From: Callorhinchus milii
Lineage: Eukaryota
Direction of reading: 5' to 3'
NCBI RefSeq assembly: GCF_018977255.1
Contig: NW_024704743.1
Span: 100,628,001 to 100,692,000 of the forward strand
Length of the DNA: 64,000 nucleotides
Part shown: in pieces, positions 13,335 through 26,212 of the stretch
Layout: every line of letters starts with the position of its first letter
Position numbering within the stretch: the stretch's first letter is position 1
Made by a program: the position numbers and the translations under genes
The notes under the pieces: generated by a model
What the model was told of the DNA's origin: nothing
The model's database searches: none
What the model saw: the letters and a program-made list of their open reading frames with translations, nothing else

Positions 13335-14612
13335 TACAAAATTACATTTGTAAAGCACCTTTCACATTGGGAGGACGACCCAAGGTGCTGAACAGTCATG
13401 TTTTAAGACCCGAGCGGGGGGTGGGGTTTGGGATCAGGGACGGTGGAGTACAGAGAGGGTACCAGGGTGGCAGAAGACACGGTTGAAGAGGAGCGTCTTG
13501 TGGCATGCATTGAAGGAGGCAAGGGAGGGAGCCAGGCAAAGGGAATGTGAGATGGAGTTCCAGACTTTGGGGGCAGAAAGGCTGAAGGCCCAACCAGCGA
13601 AGACAGCAGAGAGGTCGAGGAGACAGAGGGAGCCCTGGTCACAGATGGACAGATGCCAATTGTCACCTTGACCAATGCTGTTTCCGTGCTGTGGGAAGCA
13701 CGGAAACACGATTAGAGGGGTTCGTAAAGGGAGTGGCAGGAGAGGAAGGAGTGAAGCTGGGAAGCAACAACTCTTTCAAGGATGTTGGAAAGGAAAGTGA
13801 GGTCGGAGATGGGAAAGTAGTTTGTGAATAGGGATGGGTCCAGGGAAGATTTTTTAGAATAGGGGTGATGACAGCAATTTTTAGAGGTTGGGGAGGGTGC
13901 CAAATAATAGGGAGAGGTTGACGACGTCTGAGAGTAAAGGGGCAGGGAGGTAAGGAGAGGGGTAGGGATGGGATCGATGGAGCAGGTGATGGGCTTCATG
14001 CAGGTTATAGTGGTGGTGGGAGAGAAGGGGAGATAGGTTTGAAAGTGTGGAGGGAGCGATGGGTAGGGGCTGGAGTGTGAGGGAGAGATGGGGCAGGGAT
14101 GGCAGTGAGGAGGGTGAAGGCGGCTGAACGGATCCCCTTGATTTTGGTCTTGAGGAAATCCAGCATCTCCTCTCAGTTGGAGTTGGAGGTGAGAATGGGC
14201 GAGGCATGAGAGGGTGGATGGAGGAGCCAGTTGGTGATGGAGAATGGGAGCCTGGGGTTGTCCTTGGCCTAGAAGATTATCTTGGAATAGAAGGAAGATT
14301 TAGCAGTGGTGAGTGCGGGCCAGAAGGTTTTTATGTGGTCCAGTCAGATCTGCTGGTGGACCATTAAATCAGATTTGAGCCAGGTTTGTTCAGCGACATG
14401 TACCTGACCCTTGAGTGAATGGAGGTGGCTGGTGCACCAGGGTGAATTGCATGAGTAGGAAGTGGTTTGCGAGGTGAGAGGGGCAAGGTCATTGAGAATG
14501 GTAGAGAGGGAGTTGTGGAGGAAAGTGACCAAGGAGGATAGGTCAGTGCGGGAAGTAGGCCAGAGGGGAAGGAGTTCAGATGACTCCAGGGCAGCGGAGA
14601 GGGAGCATGGGG
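13335..14612 (-). mobile_element. L2 LINE fragment with internal deletions
   Basis: MKPITCSIDPIPT, LDPSLFTNYFPISDLTFLSNILERVVASQL, LLDLSAVF fused directly to the 3' terminal region. Confidence 0.85.
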
Positions 14613-14624
14613 AGATTCTTTTCC

Positions 14625-14743
14625 GCTAAACAGAGGTGTGTGAAGTAAGGAAACATGTTTAAGGGTTTGCCCTGTATGGGAATCGATCCCGGGTCCTTTC
14701 ACTTGCAAAGCGAGTGCTCTAAATGATATGCTACAGGGCTCCA
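14625..14743 (-). mobile_element. Young SINE 5' part (tRNA head)
   Basis: CTTGCAAAGCGAGTGCTCTAA...GCTACAGGGCTCCA. Confidence 0.75.
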
Positions 14744-15952
14744 AAAATGTTATCTAAATACTTCACTAGGCATGACACTGAACACTGAACATCTTGATGG
14801 TGGCAAGAGAAAGAGGAAACCTGCTTGTTTGTGTATACCACCAGTGGCTGTGATGGCCACTATACTGTTATCGACTGACAATAAAACCATCCAATCCTCA
14901 CAGGGAACATCTTGGAAGTCAGACAGTTTATTGTACATCCCTACATTAGAGATGTAATTGAATCACTGTATTGGCAGGCAACACAGCAGCAGTCCAGCTG
15001 CTGCAGCCAGGGAAACAGGTGCCAGAGAGTCTCAATGCTCAGTTGTTTTAGTGACCTCTGCAATTGGCATTATTATTTTCCTGTATATATTTACAGTCAT
15101 TGGATTGTTATTGAGCTCCCTGTTTTGGTTGTACATGCCAAATATATGGTTTGGTTTTGTAATGACTATTTTTGGCACAATTGAAAGATGACAGACTGCA
15201 AGATAAGATTTAGATGGACATCAGTTTATTAAATTGTACAGTTTTCCCTCAGCAACATCTAAATGAAGTGAATATGGCAGAGCAGGTGTGGTTTCAAGCA
15301 GAAATTATGATGATTTGTGCTTTAGTATGTGATGCTTCTTTGCTGCCACAAGCAGTCCACAGAGTTATCCCCATTGTGTGCAGCAAGCAGATGGTACATT
15401 ATCAGTACAAATGCACATTTGGGTTCAGCATTGTACCATTTTATCTGACCTTATAGTGTAACATGATTATGCTCCAACATTGCCCCTTGTGTGCTGTAAA
15501 TTCTCCATGCTAGATGTGTGCACCTCCATTTGAATAATGAACATGTATCAGTGCTGGAGGTCTATGAGCTGTAGTTTCCGAAGGCTCAGACTCTCAGAGC
15601 CAGTGGCTATTGTACAGAGCCATCTACAGTATATACTGAACTTGTGCTGCTCCACATCTACTTCTGATAAAGGTAACTCTTCAAGTGCTCACTGATCTAT
15701 ATCACAGAACAGGTTACTAATCAATTTTATGCCCATAGTTCCCTGTAACTGTTCTTTACGGGAACTGAACCCGGATATTACTCTCTCAAAGATATTTTGT
15801 TTAACTCATCAAGATCATGTATATCAAAATAATTTAGACAATCAACACACAACTGGGAGCTCAGCATGGGAGGAGCTGACAAGGATGAGAAAGATGGCAG
15901 AAAACATAGTTGAAGAGATACATTACAATACAAAATTAGATTTGTAAAGCAT

Positions 15953-16725
15953 GTCAGGAGAACGTGATGGAGTTCGAGAGGGTGGGGACAGAGAGGCTGA
16001 AGGCCTGACCCCAGATGGTGGGGCGGGCCGGTCGGTAGACGGGGAGCAGGCAGGAGCCTGCTGAGTGGAGGGAGCAGACAGATTGATACGGGGTTAGCAG
16101 GTCACAGAGGTAGGAAGAAGCAAGGCCACAGAGGGCCTTGAAGGTGACAATGAGGATTTTGAACTCTATCCTCTGAGGCATGGGGAGCCAGTGGAGGCAG
16201 GCAAAGGTGGGGGTGATAGGGTCATGGAGCCTGGTGCAGGAGAGGACACAAGCTGCAAAGGTCTGGATAATCTGCAGCTTGGGGAGGGAACAGCTTGGGG
16301 AGGGAACAATCGTGGAGTCCTGTAGCTCAGTGGTTAGAGCACTCGCTTTGCAAGTGAGAAACCTGAGTTCAATTCCAGGCAGAGGGCGAAACCTCGGGCA
16401 AGTTTCCTTACTCCACACAGAGCCTAATAATAATCCCTCCAAAACCAAAAACAATAATAAATTGGTCATTTTCAATCTACGACTGTTTGTGGGACATTGC
16501 TGTGCGCAATTGGCTGCCGCGTTCGCCCACAGATATACAGTCAATTCACTTTACAGTGTGTTCTGTGAAGCGCTTTGGGACGTCCTCCCGACGTGAAAAG
16601 CGCTATATCAAATGCAAGGATTATTATTATTATTATTATTAACAATTGGGAAGTCGACGATCAGGGAGTTGGGGTAGTCGAGCCTAGATGTGATGAACAA
16701 GTGAATGAGAGTTTTGGTAGGTCTT
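15953..16725 (-). mobile_element. L2 LINE fragment interrupted by a SINE
   Basis: RLHDPITPTFACLHWLPMPQRIEFKILIVTFKALCGLASSYL; continues after 16640 with GGGTAGTCGAGCCTAGATGTGATGAA (FITSRLDY). Confidence 0.85.
16312..16640 (+). mobile_element. Young tRNA-Ala-derived SINE, short form, full length
   Basis: A/B boxes, TGC anticodon loop, L2-type tail, (ATT)n, apparent TSD AACAAT (16305-16310 and 16641-16646). Confidence 0.92.
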
Positions 16726-16989
16726 AAGACAATTTTGAAGTTGGAGAGAGTGGGGGCAAAGTGGAGGGCTTGAATGTAAGTCAAAATGGCACCTTAGGTT
16801 GACACCTGAAATGGATTAATGGGCTCAGACCAGGTGCCAGATAATTTGCAGATGATGCTAAATGGGGGGGAGCTGTGGAATCAGAGGAGGCAGCAAAGGT
16901 CCTGGGGAGTGTTTAAACTAGTCACGGGGGTGGTTGCGGTAGGTGTAAGAGAACACCCAAACCAATTAGGAAAAATGTTAAGATGTACC

Positions 16990-18790
16990 AGTGTGACGGG
17001 TCTAACTCCAAAGGTTGGTGAAAAGGAAACAAAAAATGCAAAAAACAATGGAGCTGTACTTGCATTAATGCAAGAAGTCTGACAAACAAGATGCGTGATC
17101 TGGAAGGTTCTTGTAAGGGGTGAAAGAATTGGACATCATTAGCATAACAGAGACATGGTGGAATTAATCCAATCAATGGGATACACATCTGGAAGGTTAT
17201 AAACTGGTTAGGAGGGACCGTATTGGGAGAAGAGGAGGTGGCGTAGCATTATATATAAGCTCCATTATTGACACACAAGTGAGAGAGGATATAAAAAAAG
17301 GAAAGGTCAGGTACAGAATCACTTTGGGTAGAATTAAAAGATGGTAACAGATGTAAGCTATTACTGGGGGTCTGCTATAGACCCCCAAACCAGGGTGAAA
17401 GCCTTGATCTGGAACTGTAGGATGAGATAAAGAAGACCACTAGTAAGGGACCAACCATAGTGGTTGGAGATTTTAACTTACCCAAAATTGATTGAGATAA
17501 TAATGTCTACTGTTAAGATAGGGAAGGGGTTTCTGGAGTTAAAGGAAGACTGTTTTATGACTCAGTTTGTAAAAGAGCCAACAAGGGGAGATAACATTTT
17601 GGATTTGATAATGAGCAACAGGGACGGCCAAATCGCCAACATAAAGGTGGGAGAAGCATTAAGCAACAGTGATCACAATGCAGTTACATTTGACATCACA
17701 AGAGTTGGTGAGGTATAAAAACCCAAACAAAACTGCTATATTTCAAGAGGACTGACTTTGTGCACTTGAAAAGTCTAGTCAGAATGGACCTGGCAGGCTT
17801 AAACATGACAATGGGAGTAGAAGATCTATGGAGTTCCTTCAAGGAGATGACTATGAAGGCAATGGAACAATGTGTACCCATTTGAAGCAAAGGTACCAAG
17901 TTTAAAAGCACTCCTGCTTGGTTGGAAGGGGCTACAAAGCAAATCATAAAGAGGAAAAAATTGCTAGGACTTCAAAAAAAAGGCATCAGAATGGCAAACA
18001 ACAACAACAAGATTTCATTTATAGAACGCCTTTCACATCGGGAGGACGTCCCAAGGCACTGGACAGTTGGGTCGGGACCCGAGCAGGGGGGAAATGGTCA
18101 GGGTGAGGGAAGGGAGGGAGTGAGGAGGGGGTAGAGAGTCGAGAGGGGAGCTGAAGGCATGGTCGAAGAGAAATGTCTTGAGACCGGCCTTGAAGGAGGA
18201 AAGGGAGGAAGCAAGGCAAAAGAAAAGCTTTGAATTGAACATGGTAAGAGATGTGAAGGATAATAACAAAACATTTTTTTTAGTTACATTATGAGTAGAA
18301 GAAAACAAGCAATGGAATAGGACCACTGAAGGTGGGTTTGGGAGACAACATAACAAATAATGCTGCACAGGCTGCAATAGTGCAAAATACGTTTTTTTGC
18401 ATCAGTCTTTACCAAGGAGGAGACGGGTAAATTATCTGATCTGGAAAGAGAACTCAAGGATGTTGCAGAGAAAAGTTGTGACACTATTCATATCACTACC
18501 AGCTCTGTAACCTGAAGGTAAATAAATCTCAGGGGCCAGATAAATTGCATCCAAGGATCCTTAAGGAACTAAGGGAGGAAGTTGCAGAAACGCTGGCACA
18601 AATCTTTCAAAAATCATTGAATACTGAAGAGGTGCCAGGGGAATGGAGAAAGGCAGATGTTACTCCTATTTTTAAGAAAATTAACAAAAGTGACCCAGGA
18701 AACTACAGACCAGTAATTTGATTTCCATTGTGGGTAAAATTATGGAGACTTTTATTAAGGATAAAATCATGGAACATCTGAACAGAAACG
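16990..18790 (+). mobile_element. CR1 LINE ORF2 (APE endonuclease through RT start), decayed
   Basis: INARSL.NK, DIISITETWW, GYKLVRRDR.GRRGGGVALYI, GVCYRPP, GDFN, FMTQFVKEPTRGDNILDLIMSN, SDHN, GPDKLHPRILKEL, DPGNYRPV. Confidence 0.92.
17997..18218 (-). mobile_element. Young L2 3' end inserted into CR1
   Basis: L2 tail; CR1 sequence resumes on both sides; GGCAAA at both junctions. Confidence 0.88.
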
Positions 18791-19044
18791 GTCAAAGAAA
18801 ATCAGTAAATTAGATTGGTAAGACCTTTCCCATCATCAACTCATATTGACTATTTTTTGATTTTATTTTACAACATTGCTCACTTGGCATGTGATATATT
18901 GCCAGACTGTCTCCAACCCATGAGCTTTCCCTTTCTCAGACCATTGAAACATAACCAATCCTTTGACATAATTATAAACTATTCACTAAACGTCTCAACC
19001 ACAAAACTCAATCATTGTGATTTGTTGTAAATCATTTCAATTTG

Positions 19045-20185
19045 TTTGATAAAGTGCTACATAAGAGACTTGTAAACAAAATAGAAGCCCACAGTATTAA
19101 TGGGACAGTGGCAGCATAGATACAGAACTGGCTGGGAGACAGAAAGCAGAGAATGGTGGTGAATGGTTGTTTTTCTGACTGGAGGGAAGCATATAGTGGT
19201 ATCCCCCGGGGATCAGTATTGGGACCATGATTGTTTTTGATCTATATTTTTGACCTGGACTTGGGTATAGGGAGTACAATCTCCAAGATTGCAGACAATA
19301 CTAAGCTAGGAAAAGTAGTAAGCAGAGAGGAGGATAGTAGCAGACTACAAGAGACATAGACAGACTGGTAAAATGGGCGGACACGTGGCAGATGAGGTTT
19401 AATGTGGAGAAATGCAAAGTGATGCATTTTAGGTGGAAGAATGAGGAGTGGCAATATAAGCTGATGGTACAATCTTAAAGGGGGTGAAGGAACAGAGAGA
19501 CCGGGGGGTTCATATAAGTAAATCTTTGAAGGTGGCGGGACAGATAGATAAAGCTGTTAAAACAGCTTACGGGATACCAGTCTTTATAAATAGGGACATA
19601 GAATACAAAAGTCAGGAAGTTATGATGAAACTTTATAAAATACTGGTCAGGCCTCAGCTAGAGTACTGTGTTCAATTCTGGGCACCACACTTTAGGAAGG
19701 ATGTCAAGGCATTGGAGAGGGTGCAAAGGAGATTTACCAGGATGGTACCAGGAATGAGGGACTTCAGTTATGAGCGAGGCTAGAGAAGCTAAGTTTATTC
19801 TCCTTGGAGCAGAAGTTAATAGAAGTTTTCAAAATTATGAGGGGATTTGATAAGGTGAACAGGGAGAAACTATTTCCACTGGTGGGTGGGTCGGTAACCC
19901 GAGGACACCAATTTAAAATAGTTGTCAAAAGAAACGGAGGGGAGGGGAAATTTTTTCAGATCTGTAATGCATTGCCTGAAAGCGTGGTGGAAGCCGATTC
20001 GATAACAACTTTGAAGAGAAAAGTAGATAATTATTTGGGGAGGACAAGTTTGCAGGGCTAATGGGTAGAGAGGGGGGGTGGGGGACGAAGGAGTGGGATT
20101 GTTTTGGATAGCTCTTTTCAAAGAGCTCGTACAGACACGATGGGCCAAATGGCCTCCTTCTGTGCTGTATAATTCTATGATTTTT
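19045..20185 (+). mobile_element. CR1/HER1-like LINE 3' portion (RT to tail)
   Basis: FDKV.HKRL, KWADTWQMRFNVEKCKVMHF, LVRPQLEYCVQFWAPHFRKDVKALERVQRRFTRMVPG; tail TGGGCCAAATGGCCTCCTTCTGTGCTGTATAATTCTATGAT. Confidence 0.92.
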
Positions 20186-20714
20186 GATTCAGAACCTTTA
20201 ATTAATTTAGCTTTGGACCCATCCCTGAAGGATGGCAAGGAAAACACATTTGGAATTGTTAATGAACAATAAGTTGGAATGTGTCAGACTTGGATTATCT
20301 TTTCTTATATATATTATATGTTCTATTGTATCTCATCTCTGGAGTTATGGGATTTCTGCTCAGATGCTACTTGGAGAGGTATTTGAATCCCAACCTTCTG
20401 TTTCAAAGATGAGAGTGCTACCAACTGAGTCAGACTGGCACATGACAGGACTTCGCATTTTTTTGATTCTGGGCAATAGCCATACAAATGTTCAAATGAT
20501 TATCGATGAGACATTGCAGTAAGTACACAAATAATTGCTAAGTTTAAACAACGATAGAATTATTTTGTAATCATGTATTCTGCTCAAGCTTCGACTTAGA
20601 ATTATTAGTGCTAAATAGGAGACAATTAAGATTAAATGGCAAGGTACACATCCATAAATATGAATAATAAAGATTGTAAAGGTGTACATTTTGCATTTTT
20701 TCGTTGCTACACCT

Positions 20715-21002
20715 GTACAAGACATTAAACGAGGCCCTGTTTGTGCCTGTTCAAATAAATGTTAAAGATCCCATGGTCCTATTCAAAAAAAAGGGAGTTG
20801 TTTGTGGTATTCTAGCCCACAATCCTCCAGATAAACTTAATCACTCACTTCACAACTGTTTGTGGACATTGCTGTGCACAAATTGGCTGCAGTATTTACC
20901 TTCAAAACACACAATCACTGCACTTTATAGTAATATCCTGTGAAGCACTTTGGGGCATCCTACCGATGTGAAGAGCACAATACCAAATGTAAGGATTATT
21001 AT
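20715..21002 (+). mobile_element. Deu-type SINE (headless)
   Basis: TTAAACGAGGCCCTG...GTTAAAGATCCCATGG (Deu core) through tail AAATGTAAGGATTATT. Confidence 0.75.
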
Positions 21003-21086
21003 CCTATATATTTTTAAATTATTTAAATGTATGACTTGGCCTCTGTTTTACAAAAGTCATTTAAATAATAGTCTCCTTCTTGGTAG

Positions 21087-21239
21087 GTCAGGGAACTGAC
21101 TTCAAGATGCATCATGATGCAAAATGCGGAGGTTCCTTGTCTTATTCTGGAATGATGGTTAACGGTTTGGAGAGCGAATATCCAATGCAGACTGCAGCTT
21201 CCTCCCACTGGATCTGTTTGCTACATACACTGTTGCTAG
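21087..21239 (+). CDS. Candidate 153-nt exon (phase 1/phase 1), product unknown
   Basis: TCTCCTTCTTGGTAG acceptor and CTAG|GTAACA donor; open frame xQGTDFKMHHDAKCGGSLSYSGMMVNGLESEYPMQTAASSHWICLLHTLLL; non-repetitive; homology not recognised. Confidence 0.3.
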
Positions 21240-21393
21240 GTAACAGTTCTTGCAAGCTTCACATAAAATGTATAGAAACATCTGTATCAGCCCACTCTTG
21301 CGCAGTGAATGTCTGTTATTCTTACCCAACTAATCAACATCTTGTAAGGGTTTTTCTCCTATTAAAAGCAATAATTTTGTTACATATAATTAT

Positions 21394-21514
21394 TGCACAT
21401 TAGGTCACCGCACTAGAGGGCAGAAACATTCAGCTATTTTTGTGGCAACTTTGTGAATGTGCAATAATTGGGGAATTCCCATTAGAGGCCAATATTGTCA
21501 ATTGACACTACGTG
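21394..21514 (+). promoter_or_regulatory. Candidate regulatory module (CTCF-like site, NF-kB palindrome, other motifs)
   Basis: CCGCACTAGAGGGCAGA (21408-21424), GGGAATTCCC (21471-21480), CCAAT, TGTCAATTGACA, TACGTG. Confidence 0.4.
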
Positions 21515-22391
21515 CAATGCTGACCGGATCTTCAGCCTACAGAAGTGCACAATACATAGATTTGTCACTCTTTGAGCAAAATTGCACACTTCCACTTGTG
21601 ATTTCTCTTTTTATTAATAGGGTGAAACAGAAGACATTGGTAGCCACTCAAGACCAGCCACAGTGATAATGATAATTTCATACATTCTTGTAATTTTATC
21701 ATTCACACAAAGCAGAATTAGGGAAGCATGTTGAATGACATCAGTGCCTCTGAGATAACCACATTTAAGCTGCAGATAGAAATTGAAAACATTAAATTAC
21801 AGATTCCACCAAAAGTTTGAATGAATTTGAATACATTCATAATGATGTCAGGAATGTCACATCTTTTGAATCAAGGTTGGCAGTGTTGTCTGAACCCAAG
21901 TTAATTAGTTTGTAAAATCGGATTATGCATCGCCGCTATATCCTTGGAGATGGTCTTGAGCGCTTTTGCTGTGTGACTGTTATTGCAATAGAGCCGATTC
22001 CTTGGTCATCCACATAATGTGCGTTCTGGATTACTTCACCTACCTCATCTTCTCCACCTCTTACCCACACAATCGTTCTCAATATAAATGCCTATGACAT
22101 GCTGGAAATTGCTGGAGGAGCCGGATACCCACAGAAATCTAAAGCTGGTCTTGCACTGCTTTTGCTGTTCACTGGGGCCAGTATGAAACCTGCCTTTAGA
22201 CATTTTGGGTTGCTGTATGTCCATTTAATTTCTGCAGATGAAAAGAGCTGGCTCTTGCTATAATCAGAGGCCGGTGAAAAATCTGCACCTGTAATTTGAG
22301 TGGGAGTACACAGAACACTGCCATCTCTCACTCTTCAGCGATGTGAGCAGGCAGTGGAGCTGCAAAATTATATGATAGTGATTCCAGACAG

Positions 22392-22975
22392 TATTCCTTG
22401 CATTTGATAAAGCACCTTATCACGTCATCAAAACGTCTCAAAGCACTTCAGGAGATTCATTGTAGAGTATAGCAATTGTGCAATGTAGGTTAACACGGGA
22501 GCCAATTTGTGTAATGTTGCACAAGCAGCCTTGCATCCTTGCATTTGATACATCATGTCGTTGAGATGGCTCAAAGCGCTTTATAGAATACAATAAAGCG
22601 GATTGACTGATGTATTTTGTGGGTGAATAAAGTAAAGCAGATTGACTGATGTATTTTGTGGGTGAAACGCAGCAGTTGATTGCGCACAGCAGTGTCCCAC
22701 AAACAATTGTGGAAACTCCCTTCTCATTTTGAATAGTGCAATGGGATCTTTCTAATTCACCAACCTCTCTTTGAATAGCGTCAAGGGATCTTTCTGACAA
22801 GTCAGAGAGGGGCCTCAATTTAGCATCTCATCAAAGTACAGACACCCTAATAATTTGGCTCTTCTACATTGCAGTGTTACCTTAGTTAATAGGTTAAGTT
22901 CAGATGTAAGGCTTGAACCCACAAGCATTTGATCCAGAAGACAGGGGTACTATCAACCAAGCCAAGCTGACACAA
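22392..22975 (-). mobile_element. Deu-type SINE with a second nested SINE 3' part containing a 39-bp tandem duplication
   Basis: Two tails (22392 and ~22535); duplicated unit 22586-22624 / 22625-22663; head AGCCAAGCTGACAC at ~22973. Confidence 0.7.
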
Positions 22976-22985
22976 AATTAAAAGA

Positions 22986-23046
22986 ACAACAACAAAATTA
23001 CATTTGTATAGCGCCTTTCACGTCGGAGGACATCCCAAGGCGCTGA
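22986..23046 (-). mobile_element. L2 tail only (extreme 5' truncation)
   Basis: AACAACAACAAAATTACATTTGTATAGCGCCTTTCACGTCGGAGGACATCCCAAGGCGCT. Confidence 0.8.
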
Positions 23047-23384
23047 AAAAGATCTCCAGGTGCAATATAAGGGCAAGTGATGATGGATTATAATGGGAGA
23101 TACAAAAGCAAAATGTAGCATCAATCTTGCAGTGTGATTCATTTCACACCATTCAGAATCTCCAGATAGATTGCTGACGTTCTATTAAACAGAAAGACAA
23201 CATCAATTTTCATTAAGATGGTGAAAAAAGGTTAGTGAAAGGTATAAGAACTGACTCTTACGACATGTTTCGGAACAGAATGTCTAGTTAAATGTAATGG
23301 TTAAAACAAAATAAATCTGAATACAGCTTAAAATCTGGTTGCATAAATTAACTATGTGCCATATATTTATATTATATAAATTTC

Positions 23385-23825
23385 TTTTGGACAGCCAGGT
23401 ATCTGACACATGCGGACACCCATCACCAAGCTTAAGAGTATCCCAAGTTGAGATTCCATGCATCCCACCTTCGCATGGAAATTTCCATTTATTGGAATGC
23501 ACCCTCTTTCCCTGAAGAGAGGCATCTTGCTTACCTAAATCTGGAGAGTGTCAGACCAAGTTGATAAGAGCCTAAGGTTGGATATCATAGATTGCGCATT
23601 GGGGTACTGCTGAAGTCTAACCAGCAAAAACCACATAGCGTGCCATTGATATAGCTTCTAGTAAGCTTTCCCACTGCTTGTCCACCAGGAACACCCTACC
23701 CATTAGGGCTTTGGCTTGCAGAGTTAACAGGACTTGAGTGGGAAGAATTCCTGCCCCCAGTGACTGTTCTGCTCCTCCAAGTCCGACTGATAAACCAGGC
23801 TGGCTGGGCTGTAATCAGAAATCCC
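23385..23825 (-). repeat. Unnamed ancient interspersed repeat, copy C (longest)
   Basis: Aligns by eye to copy A (both ends) and copy D (middle and 3' part). Confidence 0.7.
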
Positions 23826-25387
23826 TGGAATACCACAAAGCCGCCTGCCTCAGAAATCAGCAAAGATTCCTTTCTACTCACTAATAAGGTGTGTTTTATT
23901 TAAACCGCCTTGCTATCATTTTGGAAGTACATTATTTGAGAAAAAAAAATGACTTGGCCACCACGGACTTAGGGTATTCTGGAGGGATGAGATTAAAGAG
24001 CCTTCTTTATCCTAACCAATCTTGTGACCTAAAGAAACAACAGGTATTATGTCTCATCTGAAGGAAAATGCAGCAATCAAGCCCCCAGTGTTGCACCAGA
24101 GGTCAGCCTAGACTGTGAGCTCAAAGTCCTGACTGAGTTTTGAAGCCACATGACGATCTTCATGAGAAATGTTTGGAAACCTTTATTCCGTTGAGCACCA
24201 CCCTAAAATGGTGAATTATGCCCAAATTATGTGTTGCTTTACTCATACCTGATCTAATGTTCACACAAATGATGTATGCCGCTTCTGGATCTATTTTTCT
24301 GCCCATTTAAACAAGCCCTTTTCATGAAGGCAATAAGTGTGCCTTTAAATTCACATGGCCATTTGTAAACTACTTGTATCGCAAGTGTGTCCTGAACAAG
24401 TGGGAAAATAACGACAATGACCTTGCTTGTGGGAATACAGTATTAAACTCTCTATAAAGACACATAGTTTGACTATGTTGCCAAATTAGCTCGTCGCCAA
24501 TCTATGCAACCAAGCAGGTCAGTGTCATATCAGTTGTGCTCAGCTGGCAGTAAGTAATATCAGCCCAGCAGATTTGCAATAGAGTCACGAGGTGCAGTTT
24601 ACATTGTATAATATGTAGAAAGGATAAATCATGGCTCACCAGGGTATAATAGGGTTGAAAAACTGCTCATCAGGAAAACAGCATCATAAATGATGACTCA
24701 AATGCAGAAAATCTGCCTCGAATTGTAAAGTGCATCTCGGAGATTGGCAAAATGACTCTGCACGGTATGCACCATATGTCCCAAGGAGCTTTTTCCAGCA
24801 TCAAAGTGCCATTTTTATGCCAGACAACTACAAATGAGGATGGCAAAGTAAGTCATACATTTAGTTTCTTTCCTATTAGATAGACAGAAGGGTGGTAAAA
24901 CATGGTGGTAAAACAAACACACCTTACGTTACTTGTTTAAAATGGGTATACATGTGTTTTAAAGTAAATTGAAGCTAGAAGTGCTGTGTCCTAGAAAGCT
25001 GCACTGAAAATATAGTTCTTCGTGCTTCATTCTTTCAAAATCATTCAATTTTAATCAAACTTCCTACTGCTTCTATGTGTAGTGAGCAACAAAACTCTCA
25101 GTCCAGCAGTTCCATGCATGAAATCTCCTGTGCTGGTTGGAGATGTAAAATCAGAGAAATCACTCTATCCCTATCATTAGTAAGTTAGTAAAGCTGTTAC
25201 TATTCTCTTATAACTTTCAATAACTTCCAAAACATTACTACATTTCTAATTCCCTTTTATATTTATAATTTTATTTTATTTTTAATATAAAATTTAATTA
25301 GTTATTTACCAGCCCACAGCAGTAAATTTACTGAATTTGGCAAGCAGAGCTGCACAGCCCATCAACAAATTTACTACATTTTGAGCT

Positions 25388-25745
25388 CACAGTTTCAGCT
25401 GACAGACAATATAGTTCTGGAGTGCACTGAATTGTCGGAATTGTAATTTTTTGGGTTAGGAGTTAAATCGAGGTACCATCTGCCTGTTCAGGTGCATGTC
25501 AAAAAGATCCCAGAGCACTAATCGAAAAGGGAAAGGAGTTTCTCCCAGTGACCTAGCAAACAATTCTCCAGGTAAAACAGGCCATTCATTTCACAGCTGT
25601 TCTTGGGATAGGGCACCAATTGGCTGCCGCTTCTACCTACAAATGCACAGTGACTACACTTCACTGTAAAACTCCCGTGAAATGATTTGAGATGTTTCAA
25701 CAAGTTGATAAGGCACAATATCAAATCAAGGATTATTAATATTAT
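25388..25745 (+). mobile_element. Deu-type SINE
   Basis: GTTAAATCGAGGTACCATCTGCCTGTTCAGGTG...AAAGATCCCA core; tail ATCAAGGATTATT. Confidence 0.75.
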
Positions 25746-26212
25746 TTTTATTTAGTCAACAGAACAGAACAGCCTCTTGATATTAGGGCAGTTAGCGAGC
25801 ATGACATGGTTAACTTTAATGACTAAAAGCCGTAGGTTTTCACCTGGAGCAAAAGGTTAAATAACAAATAATATTCCAACCAGCTGGTTATATTTTCCCT
25901 AATGCATTTATCAGTTCTAAGGTTGAATTACTTCAGCACAACAATATTTTTGACTGAGAAGGTAAAGGCCTGATATTTGCCACCAGATTTTTGGGGGTCT
26001 TGATGGTTCTTGTTAGCATGGTTCACGTAGACGTGCCTGGCCTGTATATGGTGATCTTCCAACAGCTTGCTCTGGCCAGGGAGATTGTTGCACTGTGCAT
26101 TCCACATATGGTTTGTGGGTAGCTGTACATAGAGTATAATTGATTTTAAACTGCAGAAGGCTGTGGGCTGAATGGAATTGAATAGTGCTCCGTGAGCTTC
26201 TCTCCAATGCTG

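Noticed and set aside
14958..15191. Hydrophobic 77-aa ORF as a small membrane protein
   Set aside because: Hydrophobicity follows from T-rich composition; TTG start; no splice or homology evidence.
16312..16385. tRNA-Ala(TGC) gene
   Set aside because: The cloverleaf is the head of a multi-copy SINE continuing into body and tail, with no poly-T terminator after it; other heads in the window are the same.
24674..24847. 174-nt open phase-0 exon ending AAA|GTAAGT
   Set aside because: The acceptor lacks a polypyrimidine tract, the peptide is unrecognised, and such open frames are expected by chance in 64 kb.
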